The notes under the pieces were generated by a model, which ran no database searches, was not told the origin of the DNA, and worked only from the letters and a program-made list of their open reading frames with translations. The translations under genes were made by a program, and so were the position numbers. This document shows positions 58,669 through 64,000 of a stretch of DNA of 64,000 nucleotides, one piece after another (position 1 is the first letter of the stretch; each line of letters begins with the position of its first letter). The DNA is from a bacterium. GTDB taxonomy: Bacteria > Fidelibacterota > Fidelibacteria > Fidelibacterales > Fidelibacteraceae. The DNA is taken from NCBI GenBank assembly GCA_963676395.1, contig OY781066.1, positions 1,216,001-1,280,000 of the forward strand, read 5' to 3'.

Positions 58669-61104
58669 ATGACCGACTTGCAGACAAACAACAAATGGCT
58701 TAAACCACTGATCATTACCTTGGCTTTTCTTTTGCCCTTACTCTACTTTTTTTCACCCATGATCTTTCAAGGTGAGCGACCGGAAGGCATTGATATTTCA
58801 GCTTCCAAAGGGAATACACATTTATATGTAGAATATCAAAAAGATAGCGGAGAAAAAGTATTATGGAATCCTAATATATTTTCGGGTATGCCCATATACC
58901 CACGGATCACTCCGACAGTTATACATGTTGACAGCTTTATTTCTCTGCTTGGTAAACTTATATACTCTTATTTTTGGTATTATCTTCTAGGCGGTTTGGG
59001 CGTTTTCTTTTTACTTCGCTATAGACAAATTCCTTGGTACATAGCCTTGATACCGGCTATTGCTTATATGTTATTGCCTCATTGGATGGCCTTGCTGCAT
59101 GTGGGACACTTTGCAAAACTGCGCGCATTTATGGCAATGCCTTGGTTTATCTTAAGTTTTAATTATCTTTTTGATAAACGTTCATGGATGTCAGTTGGTT
59201 TATTTGCCTTGGCTTTTTCCTGGTTGGTTAGAACCCAACACGTCCAAGTAACCTTTTATGGGATTTTGATCCTGCTGTTTGTTTTTCTTGTTCCTGCCGT
59301 GAGGATGCTTGTTGATAAGAAAAGCAAAGAATTTTTGAGTTTTGCTATGAAATTGGCCGTTGGTATCGTTCTTACCATTGCCGTTTCATCACAACCTTTT
59401 ATTTCACTACAAGAGTATACACCTCATTCAACCCGTGGCGGCAATGCTGTTCAGATGGAAGAGCATCAACTCAGTGCTTCCGAGAATAAAGGTGCCGGTT
59501 TGGATTACGCAACACAATGGTCGTTAGATGCTAAGGGTATTGCCTCGTTTGTTATTCCTCATTTTGCCGGCGGTTTATCACTAGAACCTTATTCGGGTAG
59601 TAAGTATCCCCACTTGAAAGGAAGAGACATCCCCGGGTATTGGGGAAAAATGCCCTTTACCCAAAGCTATGATTTTGTTGGTATTTTGATTCTGATCTTT
59701 GCTTTATATGGAATTTGGGCATATTGGAAAAAGGATGCTTTTGTCAGGGGGCTTAGTGTATTCTCCGGCTTTGCCTTATTGCTTGGTTTAGGGCGCCACT
59801 TTATGCCTTTGTATAAATTGTTTTTTAATGTTGTCCCTTATTTTAACAAGTTTCGCGTTCCTTCTATGATCATGAATATGATCTTTTTGGCTTTGATTAT
59901 TCTTGCTGCCTATGGTATAAAAGCTTTGATCGAAAAAGCCACTAACAAAGAATGGAAAGAGATCGCTATTTTGTTTGGTTCTGCCTTTGGTGTGCTTGCT
60001 TTGATTTATTTGGTCAGCGGTAGTTTTGCATATGAAAAAAACGGTGAACTTGCCCGTTATGGTGTACAAACCATGAATATGATTAAAGGCATTAGAAAAG
60101 AAATGTTGCAGGCTGATCTTGTTAAGGCCATGTTGCTGGTACTCGCAGGAGGTGGTGTTCTTCTTCTTCATGCTTTCCGCAAGATCAAGGTTTCATTTAC
60201 CTATGTTTTAATCGCATTGCTCGTTTCTCTGGAACTTTTTTCAGTTAGTAACCGGGCTTATAAAAATATTCCCCTTGGTAACCCCGTCAGTTTGGAAAGA
60301 AGAGAATTTCGCCAGTCGGATATTACTCGTTATCTTGCAAAACAAAATAAAGACTCAAGAGCGTTTGCATTAGGTAAGGATAGTAACCACTATTCATATT
60401 TTTATCCGACAATTTCGGGTTATTCCGCGATCAAGTTGCAAACAATTCAAGATTTAAGAGAACATTGCTTATATAAAGATGGAAAACTTAATTGGAATGT
60501 TGTCAATATGTTAGGTGGAAAATATATTATTGTTCCAGGCCGTTATCCCGATGCCAGACTTCAGGTTGTTGCAAGTGATGAAGGCAGGGGGGAGATTTTG
60601 TATGAGAACAATTCGGCTTTTCCTAAAGTCTGGCTGGTAGAAAAAACAAAAAGTTTTGATTCGAATGCTGAAATATTGCAATACATGAATACGGCAGAAT
60701 TCAAACCAAAGAATGAAGTGTTATTGTTGAATTCGGGTCAGCAAAGTTATTCGGCCGAAGGCCAGATAAAATTAACATTAAACACTCCCAATAGACTGGA
60801 ATTTGATGTTTCACTAAGCGAAGCTCAATTTGCGGTTTTTTCAGAAATGTATTATCCGGAAGGTTGGAAATTGTTTAAGGGAGAGGAAAAACTAGAGATC
60901 GTTCAAAGTAATTATGCGCTTCGAGGAGCAGAACTACCGGCGGGTGAATATACCTTGGTTATGACCTTTAGCCCTAGATCATATCATGTTGGTATGGGTG
61001 TTGTTTGGATCGCAGATGCTATTATGATCGTTTTAATCTTTGGCTCGATCTTTTTGAATCGTGATAGGCTCTTTAATAGGAAAAAGAAGACGGAAAATGA
61101 ATAA
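58669..61104 (+). CDS. YfhO family (GT-C fold) membrane protein
   Basis: WNP-x-x-FSGMP, STRG, YA-x-x-WS, YWG-x-x-PFT, KFRVP, GYSA-x-KL and FSE-x-YYP-x-GW...NYALRG. Confidence 0.9.
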   Translation: MTDLQTNNKWLKPLIITLAFLLPLLYFFSPMIFQGERPEGIDISASKGNTHLYVEYQKDSGEKVLWNPNIFSGMPIYPRITPTVIHVDSFISLLGKLIYSYFWYYLLGGLGVFFLLRYRQIPWYIALIPAIAYMLLPHWMALLHVGHFAKLRAFMAMPWFILSFNYLFDKRSWMSVGLFALAFSWLVRTQHVQVTFYGILILLFVFLVPAVRMLVDKKSKEFLSFAMKLAVGIVLTIAVSSQPFISLQEYTPHSTRGGNAVQMEEHQLSASENKGAGLDYATQWSLDAKGIASFVIPHFAGGLSLEPYSGSKYPHLKGRDIPGYWGKMPFTQSYDFVGILILIFALYGIWAYWKKDAFVRGLSVFSGFALLLGLGRHFMPLYKLFFNVVPYFNKFRVPSMIMNMIFLALIILAAYGIKALIEKATNKEWKEIAILFGSAFGVLALIYLVSGSFAYEKNGELARYGVQTMNMIKGIRKEMLQADLVKAMLLVLAGGGVLLLHAFRKIKVSFTYVLIALLVSLELFSVSNRAYKNIPLGNPVSLERREFRQSDITRYLAKQNKDSRAFALGKDSNHYSYFYPTISGYSAIKLQTIQDLREHCLYKDGKLNWNVVNMLGGKYIIVPGRYPDARLQVVASDEGRGEILYENNSAFPKVWLVEKTKSFDSNAEILQYMNTAEFKPKNEVLLLNSGQQSYSAEGQIKLTLNTPNRLEFDVSLSEAQFAVFSEMYYPEGWKLFKGEEKLEIVQSNYALRGAELPAGEYTLVMTFSPRSYHVGMGVVWIADAIMIVLIFGSIFLNRDRLFNRKKKTENE

Positions 61105-62041
61105 AGAATCATTAATTCGGGATCTGAAAAAGCTGGGTGTTAAACCCGGTGATCTTTTATATATAAAGGCCTCCATGCGCTCTATAGGAAAAGTGGATGG
61201 GGGTGTGGAAGCTTTTATTGAAGCGGTTTTAGATGTTATCGGTAAAGAGGGTACTTTGGTCGTATCTTCTTTTGTAAAAGTTTACCCGCTTTCATATCTT
61301 AAAAAACATCCTGAGATCGTTAATGATCTCAACACGCATTCTTATGCGGGTGCTGTTGCCAATGTGATCATGAAAATGCCTGATGTTGTGTTTAGTCGTC
61401 ATCCTGTACAAAAGTTTGCCGCTATCGGCCGGCAAGCCGAAGAGCTTATGCTTGCGCATACTGAGAATTCTTATGCTTATGACCCACTCAGACGTATGTC
61501 GGAAATTGGTGGTAAGGGTTTGATTCTTGGTAAAGATGTGATCGGTGTTGGTACGACTCATGTCGCGGTTGGACTCTTGGGATATCAGCAAAAAAGACCC
61601 AAAGTAGGTGTCCGTTTTAAAAATGATAACGGTGAAGTTAAGATATTTTCTCTAGATTGGGCTGGAATGTGCTCAACAAGTATTTATAATATGGTTCCGG
61701 AATACGCTAGAGTCCCCGGGGCCGTGATCTCGGAAGCAAAAGTTGGCAATGCTGATACGAAACTCACAGATATGAAAAAGACGCTTGAGATAGAATTAGA
61801 TTTATTGGGAAATGATCAAAAATATATGGATTGCGGAGATAAAAATTGTTTTCAATGTCAATTGAGTTGGGATTTCTCAAAAGGATCTCCATGGACATAT
61901 TTTTTTAGAAATCTTATTCATTTTAACAAAAAGAATTTAAAACAATTTCTCAATGCATATATAAAGGGTTCAAAACAACCTAAAGAACCATTAAAGGATC
62001 TTAGGTTTATGGGTAAATCGTACCATAAACCTCAAGGATAA
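61097..62041 (+). CDS. AAC(3)-family (Antibiotic_NAT) N-acetyltransferase-like protein
   Basis: L-x-x-LGVKPGD, G-x-EGTLV, S-x-HP-x-x-x-FAAIG and TTH. Start at MNKES (61097). Confidence 0.8.
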   Translation: MNKESLIRDLKKLGVKPGDLLYIKASMRSIGKVDGGVEAFIEAVLDVIGKEGTLVVSSFVKVYPLSYLKKHPEIVNDLNTHSYAGAVANVIMKMPDVVFSRHPVQKFAAIGRQAEELMLAHTENSYAYDPLRRMSEIGGKGLILGKDVIGVGTTHVAVGLLGYQQKRPKVGVRFKNDNGEVKIFSLDWAGMCSTSIYNMVPEYARVPGAVISEAKVGNADTKLTDMKKTLEIELDLLGNDQKYMDCGDKNCFQCQLSWDFSKGSPWTYFFRNLIHFNKKNLKQFLNAYIKGSKQPKEPLKDLRFMGKSYHKPQG

Positions 62042-62082
62042 TAAGGTCAACCTGGATAAACGAATAAATTGTTAGATTTATT

Positions 62083-63411
62083 GTGAACTTTAAGCTTACT
62101 CAAAATCAACTTGATTATGTACTGTTTCATCTTGCATTTGTATTTGAAATTGATTCCTCATTGCGGGAGAAAATCATATATGGATCTGATGAAAAGGGAA
62201 AAATATCTTTTCTACAGAATGATAAAAAATTTGACATAAAGAAGCTATTGTGGAAGGATAATACTCCAATCCTGTTTCCGGGAAATGCAGAGGCGCCTTT
62301 CTATACATTAGAACAAGGTTCCTTGGTGTTTCATCACGATCTTTTAAGATCGGCCTTTTATCTTTTAAGCGGTAAACAAGAATATGATTCAGCCAAGAAA
62401 GATAAGATCGGACGCTTTTCTTATGAATTTTCAATTCAAAAGAAACTAAATATTATTTACCGTCCGGTGGTGAATGAATATTTTGATATCATTGCAAAGG
62501 CTGTTGAAGAATATTGTTTGTTTCATAAGCTTCCTTTTAAACGAAAGCGGTTTTCGGAGAATTTTATTTTCTTTTTGACCCACGATGTGGATCGGGTAGA
62601 TAAATATCATTTTGCAACCGTAAAAAACAAATTTAAAAAAGCCGGTCTATTAAAGGGTTTAATTTGGCTTTGGCGTTGGTTTAACCCATTCTATAGACAT
62701 AATCCTTATTGGTCATTTGATTATTTGAAAAAAACAGAAAAAGACCGAGGTTTTTTATCGACTTATTATTTTTTAAATAAAGATGTCAAACATATCGATA
62801 GTTATTATCGCTTTAAAGACAAGCGTATTAGAGACTTGATGGAGACACTGTTTTTAAGTGGTCATGACATTGGCTTGCACGGTGGCATCAAGACATATAA
62901 TTCTGTAGATCTCATTAAGAAAAATAAAGTAGAACTTGAGCGAGCTTCCGGTAAAACACTGCTAGGAAACAGGCAGCATTGGCTTATGTTTGAGACTCCG
63001 CTTACTATGAAGTGTTTATCGGAAAATGATTTTAGGTATGATACAAGCCTGGGTTTTGCCGAGCACGAAGGCTTTCGTAATTCTTATTGCTTGCCATTTA
63101 AGCTTTATGATTTTGAACAAGATCGCATGATCGATGTGTGGGAATTCCCTTTAATGGTGATGGACACAACTTTGTTCAATTATAGAAAATTAGATTTTAA
63201 TTCTGCAATAGAGGTGGTAAAAGTGATCATTGATGAAGTGGAAAAATATCACGGTATGTTTACTTTGCTTGTTCATCCGGATGCGGTAGATGAAGAAGAA
63301 AGGCCCGGGATTAGAGCCTATTATGAAAGATTATTGGATGAATTTAAGTCCAAAAATGTCGATAATTTGACCGGTGAACAATTATTAGATCTTATGGGAG
63401 AGTTGTTGTGA
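62083..63411 (+). CDS. Polysaccharide deacetylase-like protein
   Basis: QEY...D-x-x-GRF, LTHDVD, IGLHG, RQHWL, YDTSLGFA-x-x-x-GFR, PL-x-x-MD-x-T and LLVH. Confidence 0.85.
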   Translation: MNFKLTQNQLDYVLFHLAFVFEIDSSLREKIIYGSDEKGKISFLQNDKKFDIKKLLWKDNTPILFPGNAEAPFYTLEQGSLVFHHDLLRSAFYLLSGKQEYDSAKKDKIGRFSYEFSIQKKLNIIYRPVVNEYFDIIAKAVEEYCLFHKLPFKRKRFSENFIFFLTHDVDRVDKYHFATVKNKFKKAGLLKGLIWLWRWFNPFYRHNPYWSFDYLKKTEKDRGFLSTYYFLNKDVKHIDSYYRFKDKRIRDLMETLFLSGHDIGLHGGIKTYNSVDLIKKNKVELERASGKTLLGNRQHWLMFETPLTMKCLSENDFRYDTSLGFAEHEGFRNSYCLPFKLYDFEQDRMIDVWEFPLMVMDTTLFNYRKLDFNSAIEVVKVIIDEVEKYHGMFTLLVHPDAVDEEERPGIRAYYERLLDEFKSKNVDNLTGEQLLDLMGELL

Positions 63412-64000
63412 TCATTCATTGCAAGAATCATCATATAGATTTTACTGATTTTAATCATGCCGGTAATGATATCCATGTCCATGTTAGAGGTTATATAATT
63501 CATCATGATAAAATGTTTTTTGGCCATGAATGTGTTTCTTTTGTTTATGAGGATTATTTAACAAAAAACTTTGTACAACGAGTTGAAAAATATAATGGTT
63601 GTTGGCAAGTGATTATTGTTGATAAGGCAAAGAATATATTAACACTCATTAATGACAGGTGGGGTACTTACCCTCTATATCTAAATAAAAGTGATAAAGA
63701 GCTTTTTATATCAGATCAATGGAAAGAACTATTACCGTTTTGCGGTAAAGAAATGGATAAACAAAGTTCATTTGAGATGGCAGCGTTCGGTTATGTTATG
63801 GGGGATAGAACACTTTTAGAGCATGTGAAAGATCTTCCCCCACATGTTGTCTTTGAGTTTGACTTGTCAAAGGGAGATATTAATTCTAAGAAATATGATT
63901 ATTGGCATTTACGTTACAAATATAATAAAGCAAATGAGAAGAAAAAAGAGAGAGAATTTGCTGACTTGTGGAATCGCCAACTTAAAATTTATGCTGAGGG
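63408..64000 (+). CDS. Asparagine-synthase-related protein (5' part, runs off the window)
   Basis: GTG overlaps the upstream stop. The frame reads ...YNGCWQVIIVD...NDRWGTYPLY...GYVMGDRTL, a class II amidotransferase-like N-domain. Absent from the ORF track. Confidence 0.7.
   Translation, partial: MIIHCKNHHIDFTDFNHAGNDIHVHVRGYIIHHDKMFFGHECVSFVYEDYLTKNFVQRVEKYNGCWQVIIVDKAKNILTLINDRWGTYPLYLNKSDKELFISDQWKELLPFCGKEMDKQSSFEMAAFGYVMGDRTLLEHVKDLPPHVVFEFDLSKGDINSKKYDYWHLRYKYNKANEKKKEREFADLWNRQLKIYAE

Noticed and set aside
61097..62041. Aminoglycoside resistance gene
   Set aside because: Catalytic-region substitutions and the glycan-cluster context argue against it, and no mobile context is present.

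Overview
This is an AT-rich, densely coding bacterial chromosome segment. Gene content (DUF2851, PorZ-like and other T9SS-type C-terminal-domain proteins, a DGGGP-synthase-like UbiA, YfhO, a C10 protease) together with clear GGAG Shine-Dalgarno sites suggests an FCB-superphylum organism outside Bacteroidia, such as Marinimicrobia or Cloacimonadota; this is inference only. Most genes are housekeeping: alaS, rpmH-rnpA-yidD-yidC, birA, coaE, metK, glpK, uppP, holA, rluF, tag and crcB. The window also holds a YtrA/GntR-ABC operon, two NhaC-family transporters, two SplB-like radical SAM paralogs, a corrinoid protein/methyltransferase pair, an ECF sigma/anti-sigma pair and the start of a surface-glycosylation cluster. 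No rRNA, tRNA, CRISPR array, transposase or integrase was seen. The best signals are non-coding or missing from the ORF track: (1) a complete leader-peptide/antiterminator/terminator attenuator upstream of uppP-holA-ECF sigma; (2) a SAM-I/IV-type riboswitch before metK; (3) an 18-aa ORF and long hairpin inside the YtrA operon; (4) a four-Cys small protein resembling DUF4295/bL38; (5) three genes that appear to start at CTG, ATC and ATT; (6) a recurrent TTGCAT-N17-TAnnTTT promoter; (7) a hotspot of several REP-like repeat families. All family calls come from motif recognition by eye, with no database search.
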